Shown: positions 35,810 to 45,882, numbered from the stretch's first letter. The stretch: DNA of 64,000 nucleotides from a virus (IMGVR_UViG_2932675082_000001:13620-77619), one strand, 5' to 3'. Made by a program: numbers and translations. The notes: generated by a model not told the origin, from the letters alone.

Positions 35810-37420
35810 ATGACAGAGTTCCACGTCAAGCCGGTAGACATGATCCTCTCGTCTGCCGGCTTCTCCGACCTGCACACCAGCGCCGTCCAGCTCTACCGGA
35901 GCCTGGTGTTCTCCATGGACGACGTAGCGGGCATGGCCGGAGACGACGACGCCGGCAAAAAATTCGCGGCCAAGTACGACCCCGCCGCGCAGAAACTCGT
36001 CGACGCGATGGCCCAGGTGTCGGGTCAGCTCGGTGGAACCGCCAACGGCTTGTACACGATGGCGATCAACTACCTCCAGAGCGACGCCGACGTGGCCGCC
36101 GCGATGATGGCACCGCAGAAGCTGCCGGAGTCCAGCGACCCCGAATGCGACGAAGAGGTGGCCAAAGCCAAGCTGCACTCCGCGGCCGGCCACAACAACA
36201 GCAGCGCAGTCCATGACTTCCTCAAGAAGTTCTGGCCGCAGGGCGATCCGGACAAGCTCCGCAAAGCCGCGACATACTGGAAGAACTTCGCCTCTCTCCT
36301 CAGCCGACTGGGCACGGAGGGCGACAAGTTCGTCCAGCAGGTCACCGTGTCCAGCACCTCCAGCGCCGTGACCTCCTTCAGCGAGAACTGGGCGAAGGTG
36401 CACGACGGCTGCGCCACCGAGGGGCCGCTTCTCAACAGCATGACGAACGCGGCCTACAAGCTCGGGCAAGCCTGCGAGGCCTACGCGAAGGACGTCGAGG
36501 ATCTGCAGGACAAGCTGGAGGACCTCGCCATCGGTGCTGGGCTCATCGCCGGCGCCGGGCTCCTCCTGACCGTTTTCACCCTCGGCGGCTCCGACGTCGC
36601 GGCCGCCGGCGGGGAAGCGGCCATCGCAGCCGAAGCCAGCACCGCGGCCGTCGCCATGGCCACCGCGGTCGAAGGCAGCGCGGAACTCGCCGTGCTCGCC
36701 GAGGCCGCGGCCGTCGTCGACACCGCCGCGGCGAACCTCATCCCCATCGGAGCCGCGGCGACCGCCACGGCGACCACCGCCGTCGTCCTGGCCGGCGCGA
36801 CCGACGCCGCCGCGGCACCGACTCCCAAGCCGCCGCCGTTCACGGTCACCCCCGGCATGCCTCCGCTGCCCCATGACCCGACCAGCCCGTTCCCCGTGCT
36901 CCCGCCGGCGCAGCAGGCGGCGATCCGGGCGTGGATGGCGCAGATGGAGCAGGACGGGCGCACCTTCCCCGCCAATGGCCCCCATGCGCCCAAGCCGCCC
37001 GAGAAGCCGGACCCGAAGATCAATGCGCGGCGCGCCTACCAGGTGAGGGTCGCGGGCTCGACGGAGTACCGGCTTTACACCACCGTCAAGGAGCCGGACA
37101 CCGGGCGCGAGCTGGGCATGGACGCCGACGGCGTCCGGCCGGAGGATGGTGCAGCGATCGACGCCAAGTACATCGGCCAGCAGAAGAGCTGCAAGTCGCC
37201 GTTCCGCCTGGACAACGCGGACGGGATGTTCGAACTCGCTTACAACAACACCATGGTGGGTGAGTCGAAGAAGCTGGAAAAGTATGCTTCGGCGCTGCAG
37301 GATCCCCGTAACAAGGTCAATCATGTCGAACTCATCACCAACGACGCCAAGGCCAGCAGCTACTTTCAGGCCCTGATGGCGGCCCAGGGCATCACCGGCC
37401 GCGTCCGCATCGAACCCTAA
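35810..37420 (+). CDS. WXG100-like (type VII) polymorphic toxin with C-terminal restriction-endonuclease-fold domain (Tox-REase-2-like)
   Basis: MAGDDDAG..F, WPQGDPDKLR..A..W, hydrophobic linker, AYQVRVAG..E..ADG....G.AIDAKY (PD-D/ExK). Confidence 0.75.
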   Translation: MTEFHVKPVDMILSSAGFSDLHTSAVQLYRSLVFSMDDVAGMAGDDDAGKKFAAKYDPAAQKLVDAMAQVSGQLGGTANGLYTMAINYLQSDADVAAAMMAPQKLPESSDPECDEEVAKAKLHSAAGHNNSSAVHDFLKKFWPQGDPDKLRKAATYWKNFASLLSRLGTEGDKFVQQVTVSSTSSAVTSFSENWAKVHDGCATEGPLLNSMTNAAYKLGQACEAYAKDVEDLQDKLEDLAIGAGLIAGAGLLLTVFTLGGSDVAAAGGEAAIAAEASTAAVAMATAVEGSAELAVLAEAAAVVDTAAANLIPIGAAATATATTAVVLAGATDAAAAPTPKPPPFTVTPGMPPLPHDPTSPFPVLPPAQQAAIRAWMAQMEQDGRTFPANGPHAPKPPEKPDPKINARRAYQVRVAGSTEYRLYTTVKEPDTGRELGMDADGVRPEDGAAIDAKYIGQQKSCKSPFRLDNADGMFELAYNNTMVGESKKLEKYASALQDPRNKVNHVELITNDAKASSYFQALMAAQGITGRVRIEP

Positions 37421-37463
37421 CCGGGCATACGGCCCGCACCACCGACAGAAAGCCGAGCACACC

Positions 37464-37835
37464 ATGGGATCCAGCTTCTACGTCAGCGCCGGCCCCGAGC
37501 ACGGCGGGCCGTGGGACTTCACCGCCGACCAGGTGAAGGAATCCGTGCGACGGCACTGGCCGGATGCCATGGTCAGCGGCGTGTTCGAGGACTTCCTGGA
37601 GATCGAAGCGGAGGTCGAACCCGGCCTGCGAGCAGAGTTGTCGTACAACTACCGGTACGGCGCCTTCTCGTTCGCGGATCGGGAGCCACTGTCCGCACCC
37701 TTGACCGTCATTTACCGGGTGCTGTGCGATCTGGCGCCGCGGGTACCTGTCGTGTGGTGGGCCGACTACGACGGGGAACTGACGCCGATGAACTTGGATG
37801 ACGGGCTCGACCAGTTCCTCGGACGCTTCGCGTAA
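37464..37835 (+). CDS. Putative cognate immunity protein
   Basis: Small acidic ORF directly after the toxin. Confidence 0.6.
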   Translation: MGSSFYVSAGPEHGGPWDFTADQVKESVRRHWPDAMVSGVFEDFLEIEAEVEPGLRAELSYNYRYGAFSFADREPLSAPLTVIYRVLCDLAPRVPVVWWADYDGELTPMNLDDGLDQFLGRFA

Positions 37836-38568
37836 CACGGTCCCGGCCGTCAGACGGGTCGAAGCTGCGCCCTGCCGCACTTGGGAAGCGGCAGGGCGCA
37901 GCGCGTGTCAGGCGGCCAGGCGCGACCGCCCTTCGGGGCCCGGGCGGGGGCGTGTGCCCGGGGTCGACCCCCCTCGTGGCGGGAACGCTACGCCTCCGGA
38001 ATGCGGGAGTCCAGATGTCGCGCAGCCGACTTCCTCGCCAGCTCCTCTGGATACAGCTGGAAGCGCTCAGTCCGCCGGGTCTGGCGGGGGCACGGGCCGC
38101 CAGCCCTGTGCGGCAAGGCCCTCCCGAGCCCACGTCGTCACGAAGTCGTGGACCAGGTCGGGCGGGCGCAGGTCGGGCGGGAGGTCAATAAGGGCGAGGA
38201 GCCTGCCACCGGCGGTCGGGCCGGTGTCGCAGTGCCGGCATAGGTACAGGTCGACGCCGTCGCAGACGGGGACGCGGGCGATGAGGAACGGGGCTCGGTA
38301 GCAGCGGGGACAGGGCGGTATGTCGCAGGATTGGACCACCTCGACGCGGTACATAAGGGGCTCCTCCCTGATGGGGGTGGCCAGGATCTGCCCGCGATCA
38401 TCCGGAGTCAAGGGTTCCGGCAGGGCGATATCAACGTCCCCGGGTAGCGCGAAGGCCCCGCGACGTTGGTCTGCGGGGCCCTCGGGGCGTTTCTGGGCAG
38501 GGGCTACCTGCTGCAACGCAGGTTACGACGGGAGCCGATCACTCCGCGAGCGGCGGCGTGGCGGTGCG

Positions 38569-38802
38569 TCAGAGCTGGACCGTCAGGATGTCGAAGCCAG
38601 TCGGGATCGGGTCTGTGGCGTCCTCGGTCACCAGGTACACCAGCTCGTCGGGCCTGTCGGGCCCGTAGCCATGTGCGTTCATCCAGGCGGCGACATCCGC
38701 CCGTTCAAACAGGCCAGGGAAGTCCGGGCAGTTCGGGTCAGCCAGTTCGTGGCCCGGGACCAGGTCGCCGGGTGCGGCAGAGATGAGGTGCAGGGTGGGC
38801 AT
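38569..38802 (-). CDS. Small hypothetical protein
   Basis: AGGAG RBS. Confidence 0.55.
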   Translation of the reverse strand: MPTLHLISAAPGDLVPGHELADPNCPDFPGLFERADVAAWMNAHGYGPDRPDELVYLVTEDATDPIPTGFDILTVQL

Positions 38803-38868
38803 GGTCAGCTCCTGGACTCGTGCGAGTGTGGATGCCCTCCAGGGCTGATGATGGGCACAGCGTAGCGG

Positions 38869-39213
38869 TCAGGCGTCGGGTGCCCATTCGGGCCGGTAGT
38901 CGGGGTGGCCGCGGTAGATCGCGGCGAGGCGTCGGGCGACGTGTGAGCGGGCGTCGGCCATCTCCGCGCCGCCGTAGTCGAGGTCGTCGAGGATGCGCCG
39001 TTTGGCGTCGACCTCGGCCAGCGCCCGCGCCGGGGCGTGGCGGGCCATGTGGGTGGCGACGTCTGAAGGAAGGACCGTCACGATCGGCCCCCGCACGGTG
39101 GCGCTGGACACAATGCCGGTCCCGTCGAAGGCTGCGTGTCCATCGCACGCCCGCGCGATCCGTTCGTCCTCGTCGAGACGCTCGCGGAGGAACGCGATCA
39201 GGTCGTCGGTCAT
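38869..39213 (-). CDS. DUF6221-like protein
   Basis: LIAFLRERLDEDE...RHAPARALAEVDAKRRIL...HPDYRPEWAP. Confidence 0.7.
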   Translation of the reverse strand: MTDDLIAFLRERLDEDERIARACDGHAAFDGTGIVSSATVRGPIVTVLPSDVATHMARHAPARALAEVDAKRRILDDLDYGGAEMADARSHVARRLAAIYRGHPDYRPEWAPDA

Positions 39214-39536
39214 GCCATGCTCTTATCGATCGCCTTCTGCCAGGCTCGCTCCCACAAGGCGTCCATCGGGAGGTGCTGCTTGTCGGCGAACGCCACAATC
39301 TCGTTCAGGATCTGCTTGGCGTCGTCGGCGCTGATGCCGCCGAGGGCATTGCACTTTGCGTAGTACTGCTCCTCGCGTGCGGCTTCTTCCAGCGCCTCCC
39401 TATAGATCGTGGGTGCGGTTTGGACGGCCAGGTGGTAGCCGATGCCGTTGTCACGCTGGTACCGCTCGGCCATGATCCGGCCGAGCGCCAGGATCATGCT
39501 GGCGCGTCCGGTTGGAAGTTCTACGGTCTCGCTCAT
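39210..39536 (-). CDS. Hypothetical protein
   Basis: ATGA overlaps on both sides. Confidence 0.55.
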   Translation of the reverse strand: MSETVELPTGRASMILALGRIMAERYQRDNGIGYHLAVQTAPTIYREALEEAAREEQYYAKCNALGGISADDAKQILNEIVAFADKQHLPMDALWERAWQKAIDKSMA

Positions 39537-39589
39537 GCTTCATCCTCGTCGAGGCGGGCGCGGAGGAACTCCACCAGGTCGTCGGTCAT
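39533..39589 (-). pseudogene. 18-aa DUF6221 N-terminal stub (MTDDLVEFLRARLDEDEA)
   Basis: Near-copy of the start of 38869-39213. Confidence 0.6.
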
Positions 39590-40109
39590 CGCTCAGTACT
39601 CGGTCGGGTAATCGAAGGGCCGGAGCGCGTCGGTGAGTGCCGCGTGCAGCGTGGGCTGGGGCTTGGTGACCGTGATCTCGGGCTTGAGTTCCGTGACGAT
39701 GGCCTCGCCGAGCGACCTCAGCAGGGCGGCCTTCATGACCTCCTGGTACTGCTCGTCCTGGCTCCACATCTCAATACTGGCGTGGGCCCGCGCTTGGAGC
39801 CGTTGGCCGTTGACCTCGACGGTGGTCGTCAGGAGCACCATGCCGGGCGGAAGGCTGTTGCTGTCCATGCACTCATCCTCTCGTGCGGATGCCCGCCCCG
39901 GGTAGTTCCTGGGGCGGGCGGGTTGGTCAGCGGCTGGGCTCGGTCGGTGGCTGCCGAGCGGGCTGGGGCCAGACGACGCTGTAGCTGGCGCCCCGTTCCT
40001 CGACGACCGGGGTGGGGAGCATGTCCGGTCTCCTGGTGCGCTGTGCTGGGTGGTGGGGAGCAAGGTGAGCAGTTCTGGCCAGGCGCTGAGCGGGAGAGCA
40101 ATTACGGGC

Positions 40110-40502
40110 TCACTGCGGGTCCTCCCAGCCGTAGCCCTCCGCGAGCAGTCGGACCGTCTGGCACGGCCACGGCACGGGGTACTCCTCGGCCGTGCCGCAG
40201 GTGGTGCACGCATCCGCCCAGACGGGCTGGTGCTGGTCGAGGATTTGCCGGTCGGCTGCGATTCGGCGGAGCACGGCTGCCGGGTCCCACTGGGCGATGT
40301 GCTCCATGAGTGACCGCGCCGAGGGTGATCGCCTCGCGGGCCGTGCGATCAGCGCGACCTCCCAGCAGGACCGTGCGCTGTCGTCGTCGCGGTCGACTCC
40401 GACCGCGTCCCATTCGTCGTACGGCTGGTGCACAGTCGTTGCCTGGGCGATCTGCTCGACGCGGTCCAACTCGGCCCGCAGCCAGTTGACCAGGTCGTTC
40501 AC
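40110..40502 (-). CDS. DUF6221-like protein (second copy)
   Basis: LVNWLRAELD...WDPAAVLRRIAADRQILD..WPCQTVRLLA. Confidence 0.65.
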   Translation of the reverse strand: MNDLVNWLRAELDRVEQIAQATTVHQPYDEWDAVGVDRDDDSARSCWEVALIARPARRSPSARSLMEHIAQWDPAAVLRRIAADRQILDQHQPVWADACTTCGTAEEYPVPWPCQTVRLLAEGYGWEDPQ

Positions 40503-41009
40503 CGCTCCTCCTCGGCGAGGTAGGCCAGGCAGCCGGTGAACTTGGGCTCGGACAGTGGCTGAAGTTGGACCTGTACAACTGGGTTGGTCGCGAGGCTGAG
40601 TTTCAAGTCCTCGGGTGTCGGGGGGAACGTCACGAGCCCCGTGTACTTCATGTCAGGGAGTGGTGTGGCCGGCTTGGCGGTGCCTGCGTGGAGTGGCCAG
40701 TGGGCGTCTGCAATGCGGACCATCTCGCCGAGTTCCAGGCAGCCGTGGTCGTCTTCCCATGGCAGTGTGGTGTCGCAGGCCCAGCATTCCAGGCGGAAGC
40801 CCGTGAACGTGCCGCCGATGACGTGGAACTGACTGTAGTCCGTCGCCTGTTGGTAGAAGGTGGTCATGCGTTCCTCCTGGGCTGGTAGTCGTCGAGGTCG
40901 CGGATGACGTCGCGGATGGGTCGGGGCGGCGGGAGGGGTTCCCACTGGTCGGGGTCGAGGTCGAGCAGGGCCTCGTCCTCCCAGCCGTCCCACTCGTCGT
41001 CGGGGCAGG

Positions 41010-41522
41010 TCACGGCTGGGCCCCGGCGGTCGCGTCGGCCCCGTCGAGGGTGCGCATGGTGGGGCAGGGCCACCAGGTGGCGTATTCGTCGGGGGTGCCG
41101 CAGGTGCTGCACGCCAGGCGGTCGCCTTCGTACCTGCCGTCCTCGTGGTAGCCGAGACCGTCGACTGGCCGGTGAAGTTCCTGGACGGCGGCGATGCGGG
41201 CCTCGGCCTGCACGGCGCGGGTGGTCTGTCGGCGGGCCTCGCTGATCAGTTCCTCGATGGCGGGGGCAATGTCCGGCCAGGAGTCGCCGTGCCCGCCCCA
41301 GGGTTCGAGGAGGTCGCGGGCGTGCTCCAGGATCACGGCGCGCTCCTGGGCGCCAGCCTGGGCCCTGTCCCGCTGCTCGATGAGCTCGGCGACCTGTCGG
41401 CGGCGCTTGCCGAGCTCGTCCTCGGCGGCCCGGACATCGCGCTCGGCTCGGACGGCCCGGGTGAGTGCCTCGTCGCGCATGCGGGTGAGCTGCTGCTGGT
41501 AGGTCTCCTGCTCGGGAATCAT
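41010..41522 (-). CDS. Hypothetical coiled-coil/zinc-motif protein
   Basis: ATGA overlap; CSTC...WPCPT. Confidence 0.55.
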   Translation of the reverse strand: MIPEQETYQQQLTRMRDEALTRAVRAERDVRAAEDELGKRRRQVAELIEQRDRAQAGAQERAVILEHARDLLEPWGGHGDSWPDIAPAIEELISEARRQTTRAVQAEARIAAVQELHRPVDGLGYHEDGRYEGDRLACSTCGTPDEYATWWPCPTMRTLDGADATAGAQP

Positions 41523-41824
41523 GCGGCGCTCCTGGGCTGGCGGGTGGCGGTGTACAGCTGCTCGGCGAGTACGCAGACCTTGCGGAGGACGGAGTCGGGT
41601 CCGTCGAGGTCGAGTTGGCCGGTGCGGTAGGCGAGGACGACGGCGTGGGTGGTACTGCGGGCGCGGAGTTTGGTGCGGGCGGCCGCGGTGCGGTCGAGGA
41701 CTGCGGAGCGGGTGATGTGGAGGCGGTGGGCGATCTGGTGAGCGGTGAGGCCGTCGGCCGTGAGGGCGAGGGCCTCGACCTCGGCCGCGGTGAGCGGGGC
41801 TCCGGGGCGGGCGGTGAGAGTCAC
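41519..41824 (-). CDS. LuxR-type HTH protein
   Basis: LTAAEVEAL..TADG...IAHRLHIT...KLRARSTTHAV. Confidence 0.75.
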   Translation of the reverse strand: MTLTARPGAPLTAAEVEALALTADGLTAHQIAHRLHITRSAVLDRTAAARTKLRARSTTHAVVLAYRTGQLDLDGPDSVLRKVCVLAEQLYTATRQPRSAA

Positions 41825-42094
41825 GGTTGGGGCTCCAGGTGGGCGACGATGGCAGCGAACTGGTCGTCGAAGCGGGCCTGCTCGGTGTCGCGGCGCTGGA
41901 GTTCGGCGGCGGCTCGGCCGGCTGCGACGTAGTCCGCGCAGATCTGGCGGAACCACCAGAGGCCGATGAGGGTGGCGCAGGTGGCGAGGATGGTCCAGGG
42001 GTTCATGTGCGTCTCCGGGGGTGGAGGGCGAGGAGGGTGGCGGTGAGGCCGGCGCCGTAGAGGGCGCCGGCCAGGGCCAGCCAGGGGCTGACGG

Positions 42095-42496
42095 TCACGC
42101 GGTGGAGCCGGGGTTGAGCCGCTGGCGGACCCACTCCGCGTCGGCGTCGGAGACGTGGGCGCCGGACGGTCGGGCGACGTGGATGGTGGTGGGCTGGCCG
42201 TCGCCGTCCCGGGCGTCGGCGACGCGGGCGTGCCAGGTGCCGGATGCCGAGGGCCGGTGGCCGTCGGGGCAGTGCGGGCAGTTGTCGGTGTAGCCGTGGA
42301 TTGCGTTCGGGTTGCTGTCGAGGCCGGTGGGGATGGCGGACGGCATGACGGCGGCCACCGCGGCGGCCCAGGCGTTCTGGATGCGGTCACCGAGCTGGTC
42401 CCAGGCGGGCATGGGGCGGCCGTCGTGGGTGAGGCCGCCGGTGGCGGCGCCGTACGCCTGATAGGCGGTCTGGGTGGGGGTTAGGGGGCGGGTCAC
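42095..42496 (-). CDS. Hypothetical protein
   Basis: GTGA overlap, coding-like codon usage. Confidence 0.5.
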   Translation of the reverse strand: MTRPLTPTQTAYQAYGAATGGLTHDGRPMPAWDQLGDRIQNAWAAAVAAVMPSAIPTGLDSNPNAIHGYTDNCPHCPDGHRPSASGTWHARVADARDGDGQPTTIHVARPSGAHVSDADAEWVRQRLNPGSTA

Positions 42497-42731
42497 TGCT
42501 GGCCTTCCTGGGCGTCGCGGATGAGCCGGTAGCCGGTGCTGGTGGGTCGGAAGCGGTCGAGGCGGATCCGGCTGGTCCTCTTTGGGCGGGCACCCTGGAT
42601 GTCGTCCCGGCTGGCGGTTACGAGGGTGACGGTGGCGTGGGTGTTGTCGACCGACTCGATGCGGATGGTGCGGCCGACGTTGCGCTTGTCGTTGTCGGCC
42701 CAGACCTGGCCGGGGCGGACGGGCTGCTCGG

Positions 42732-43214
42732 TCACTGCTGGCCGCCGTTCTGGCCGAGCACCGCGCGGGCGAAGTCGAGGGCGTGCTCGCTGTCCTCGGG
42801 GCCGGCAGCGGCGTGCTGCTGGAACTCGGCCTCGTCGTCGAGCCAGTGGGCGATCAGCAGGCCGAGGGTGGGGTCCATGGTGGCGATCCACTCGCCGTAC
42901 GGGCGGACGACGTTGGGCACTCGCCTGCCCCCGCGAGCGGGGCCACCGCCCGTGACGACCTTGCCGTCCTGGGTGCGGACGGTGCCGAATCCGCCGTACT
43001 CCGGGTGGTCGTGCCGCTGGGTGTAGATCCAGTGGGCGCTGCCGTGGGTGGTGGTGGCGGTGGCGAGGTCTCGGAGCCGCTGGGCTGCGGCGGCGAGCAG
43101 GTCGGCGGGCTGGTCGGACGGGGCGGTCGACGCGGCCAGCCTCGCGGCGGTGCGTTCTTCGGATCGGGCAAGCACATCGTTGATGTACATGCGCTGCTCG
43201 TAGCGGTCGGTCAC
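42732..43214 (-). CDS. Hypothetical (Ead/Ea22-like) protein
   Basis: GAGGAG RBS; WIATMDP motif. Confidence 0.5.
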   Translation of the reverse strand: MTDRYEQRMYINDVLARSEERTAARLAASTAPSDQPADLLAAAAQRLRDLATATTTHGSAHWIYTQRHDHPEYGGFGTVRTQDGKVVTGGGPARGGRRVPNVVRPYGEWIATMDPTLGLLIAHWLDDEAEFQQHAAAGPEDSEHALDFARAVLGQNGGQQ

Positions 43215-43271
43215 GGTGTGCTCCTCGGGCGGAAGTTGGGGGCCTGCCGCCGGGCGGCAGGCCGGGGCGGG

Positions 43272-43487
43272 TCAGGCGTCGGGGGTGAGGTTCTCGCCGC
43301 ACTCGGCGCACCTCGAGTGGGCGCCGAGGAGGCCGCCCATGGCGTCGTGAAGGTGGATCATGTGGACGTCGCCGCCGCAGCCGGCGTGCTCGACGTTCTC
43401 GGCGCGGTAGGTGTGCTCCGGGCCGCCGCCCCAGTCCTCGGTGTGGATGAGGGTCCACTCAATCTGGTCGGCTTCGATCTTGCTCAC
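43272..43487 (-). CDS. Small zinc-ribbon hypothetical protein
   Basis: AAGGAG RBS; CAECG. Confidence 0.5.
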   Translation of the reverse strand: MSKIEADQIEWTLIHTEDWGGGPEHTYRAENVEHAGCGGDVHMIHLHDAMGGLLGAHSRCAECGENLTPDA

Positions 43488-43724
43488 GGTGTGCTCCTTG
43501 GGGTTGGGGCCGCCCGCACCCCGCGGGCGGCGTCGGGCGTCAGCGGGGTGTCAGTTGCCTTCGGGGTCGATGAGCTGGAGGCCGAGGGCCTCGCGCAGTT
43601 CGTCGTCGAGGAGGAGGGCAACGGGCTGGCCGTCGTCGGTGAGGCAGCAGACGATGGTCTGGTCGTCGGGGTTGTCCGGGTTGGGGTGGATGACGGTGCG
43701 GTCCCAGCGGACGATGAGCGGGTC

Positions 43725-44166
43725 CATGGCGGGTCTCCGTGGTGGGTGTGGTGGGCGGCCGGTGGGCTCAGCTGGCCCAGTACTCCTCGTCGGCCTGCTC
43801 GTCGTCGGCGGCGTCCTCGTAGGCGGTGACCATGACGGTGATGCCAGCAATGCGGGCAGTGGCGCGGTGCTGGGTGCGGCCGAGGAACGGCGTCTGCTCG
43901 ACGCTGGTGCCGGTGGAGTTGGCCCAGGCAGTGACGGCGTGGGGGTTGTCGCCGACCTGGATCTCCAGCAGCGGGCCGATATTTCCCTGGCCGTCGATGC
44001 CCTCGGCGTGGAGTCGTTCGACGGGGAGGCCGGGGCTGGTGGCGAGGATGCTCGTGGCGGCTTGGGCGGCAGTGAGCGTGTGTTCGGCGAGGATCACGAG
44101 GTGGGCGGGGTTGGTCTCGGTGGCCATGCGGGTCTCCGTGGTGGGTGTGTGGTGGGCGGCCGTGGG
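43725..44166 (-). repeat. Two ~40-bp direct repeats forming the leader/RBS of consecutive genes
   Basis: GGCCGCCCACCACAC(AC)CCACCACGGAGACCCGC(C)ATG at 43725-43766 and 44125-44166. Confidence 0.7.
43768..44127 (-). CDS. Hypothetical protein
   Basis: GGAG RBS inside repeat. Confidence 0.55.
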   Translation of the reverse strand: MATETNPAHLVILAEHTLTAAQAATSILATSPGLPVERLHAEGIDGQGNIGPLLEIQVGDNPHAVTAWANSTGTSVEQTPFLGRTQHRATARIAGITVMVTAYEDAADDEQADEEYWAS

Positions 44167-44185
44167 TGCCGGCCGCCCGGGGTGG

Positions 44186-45790
44186 TCAGGCGGCTGCCTG
44201 GAGGTCTTCGCCGGTGATGGACTCGACTAGGGCGGACATCAGCACCTCGGCGGCGGGCGGGGTGACGGCGTTGCCGTACTGGCGGACCTGCTCGCGCTTG
44301 TTGCCGAGCACGGTGTAGTCGGTGCCGAACGCCATGGCGGCGCCGATCTCGCGCGGGCTGAGCATCCGAAACAGGCACTCCTCGACGTCGAGGTCGGGGG
44401 AGACCAGGGCGTGTCGGTCGACCGTGGTGACCGTGGGGGCGGGCTGGTCGGTCGGGCGGGCGGTGCCGTTGCCGTAGTACGGGACGAGCAGGCCCTCGGT
44501 CTCGCGGGTGGTCCGGGCGCGGAACGGCTCGCGCACGGGCCGGGCTTCGTCGTTCCAGGTGCCGCCCGCGGGGACGAGCATCGGCCAGCTGACGAGGGAC
44601 TGGTGTCCGGCGGTGGTCAGGGTCCGGAGCGGTTCGGTGGCCGGGGTGCAGTGCTCGCCGCCGTTGCCGGTGGAGCTGTTGTTCCGCATGACCATCGCGG
44701 CTGCGGGGTGGACGAGGCCGTGGTGGTTGCCGGAGGCGCACACGGTGGCGAGCGGGTCGGAGGCGGGCCGGTGGTCGGAGCCGCCGCCGCGGAGTTCGGC
44801 GAGGAAGGGTTCGAACCAGGCGAGGCTGGTCTCGTTGCGGGTGGTCATGGTCCGCAGCGGGTCGTCGACCGGGGCGGCGTTCTTGCCCTCGCGGCCTTCG
44901 ACGGGGACGGCGAGGGGGCGGGCGTACTTGGCGAGGCCGGCGCGGATGCGGGCGAGGGTCTTGGCGGCGAGGGGCTTGGTGCGGTCGCCGATGCGCTGGC
45001 CGGGCTGGGTCCAGTCGATCGCGGCGGCCGCGGGGAGAGCCCAGGGTTCGACGACGGCCCAGCAGCCGGGGACGGGGCAGCGGTAGACGTACTGGGCGCG
45101 GTAGCGGCCCCATTCGCGGTCGGGGTTCTTCCAGGACTGGACGGCCTGGACGCGCCCGTGCTCGGGGCAGATGGCGTCGGGGCGGGTCCACTTCTCGACC
45201 TGGGGGGCGCGGTTGCCCTTGAGCCAGTACATGACGTACATGCGGTCGCGGGACTGGGGGGCGAGCGGGGTGCCGAACCTCGGCCTGGCGTGCATGGAGT
45301 TGAGGTAGACGAGCCGCATGTCGTAGCCGAGGGCGCGGATGGCCATGCACCAGGCGTCGAACAACGCCCAGTTGCGGGCGTCGACGACGTTCTCGACGAC
45401 GCCGCCGAGGACGGGCCGGCCCCGCAGGCTCATGGCTTCGAGGTAGCGGGGGACGTCCCACATGGTGGCGCGGGAGCGGACGGCGGCTTCCTCGGGGAGA
45501 ACCTCGCCGAACAGGTCGGGCTGGCGGTCGGCGCCGCGCTTGACGCCCTTGGCGACGGAGTGGTTGGTGCACTCGGGGCTGGCCCAGAGGAGGTCGGTGC
45601 GGGGGTAGCGGCGGAAGTCGATCTGGCTGATGTCGGCGCAGTCGTGGCGGACGTCGGGGAAGTTGTGCTGGTGGGTCTGGACGGCGAGGTCCCAGTGGTT
45701 GGCGGCGGTGGCGACCTGGAGGCCGGGGATGTTGTGCATGCCCTGGCTGGAACCTCCGGCGCCGCAGAAGAAGTCGGTGACGGTGAGCAT
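44186..45790 (-). CDS. C5 cytosine DNA methyltransferase
   Basis: DFFCGAGG, WASPEC, VVENV, PQSRDR, QYGNAVTPP. Confidence 0.92.
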   Translation of the reverse strand: MLTVTDFFCGAGGSSQGMHNIPGLQVATAANHWDLAVQTHQHNFPDVRHDCADISQIDFRRYPRTDLLWASPECTNHSVAKGVKRGADRQPDLFGEVLPEEAAVRSRATMWDVPRYLEAMSLRGRPVLGGVVENVVDARNWALFDAWCMAIRALGYDMRLVYLNSMHARPRFGTPLAPQSRDRMYVMYWLKGNRAPQVEKWTRPDAICPEHGRVQAVQSWKNPDREWGRYRAQYVYRCPVPGCWAVVEPWALPAAAAIDWTQPGQRIGDRTKPLAAKTLARIRAGLAKYARPLAVPVEGREGKNAAPVDDPLRTMTTRNETSLAWFEPFLAELRGGGSDHRPASDPLATVCASGNHHGLVHPAAAMVMRNNSSTGNGGEHCTPATEPLRTLTTAGHQSLVSWPMLVPAGGTWNDEARPVREPFRARTTRETEGLLVPYYGNGTARPTDQPAPTVTTVDRHALVSPDLDVEECLFRMLSPREIGAAMAFGTDYTVLGNKREQVRQYGNAVTPPAAEVLMSALVESITGEDLQAAA

Positions 45791-45882
45791 GTGTTGGGCT
45801 CCTGTGGTTGGCGTGGCGGGCCCGTGGACGCCTGTTCGGGCGCTCGGGCGGGTTCGTGGTCCGGTGCGGTGCTGCGGGGCCG

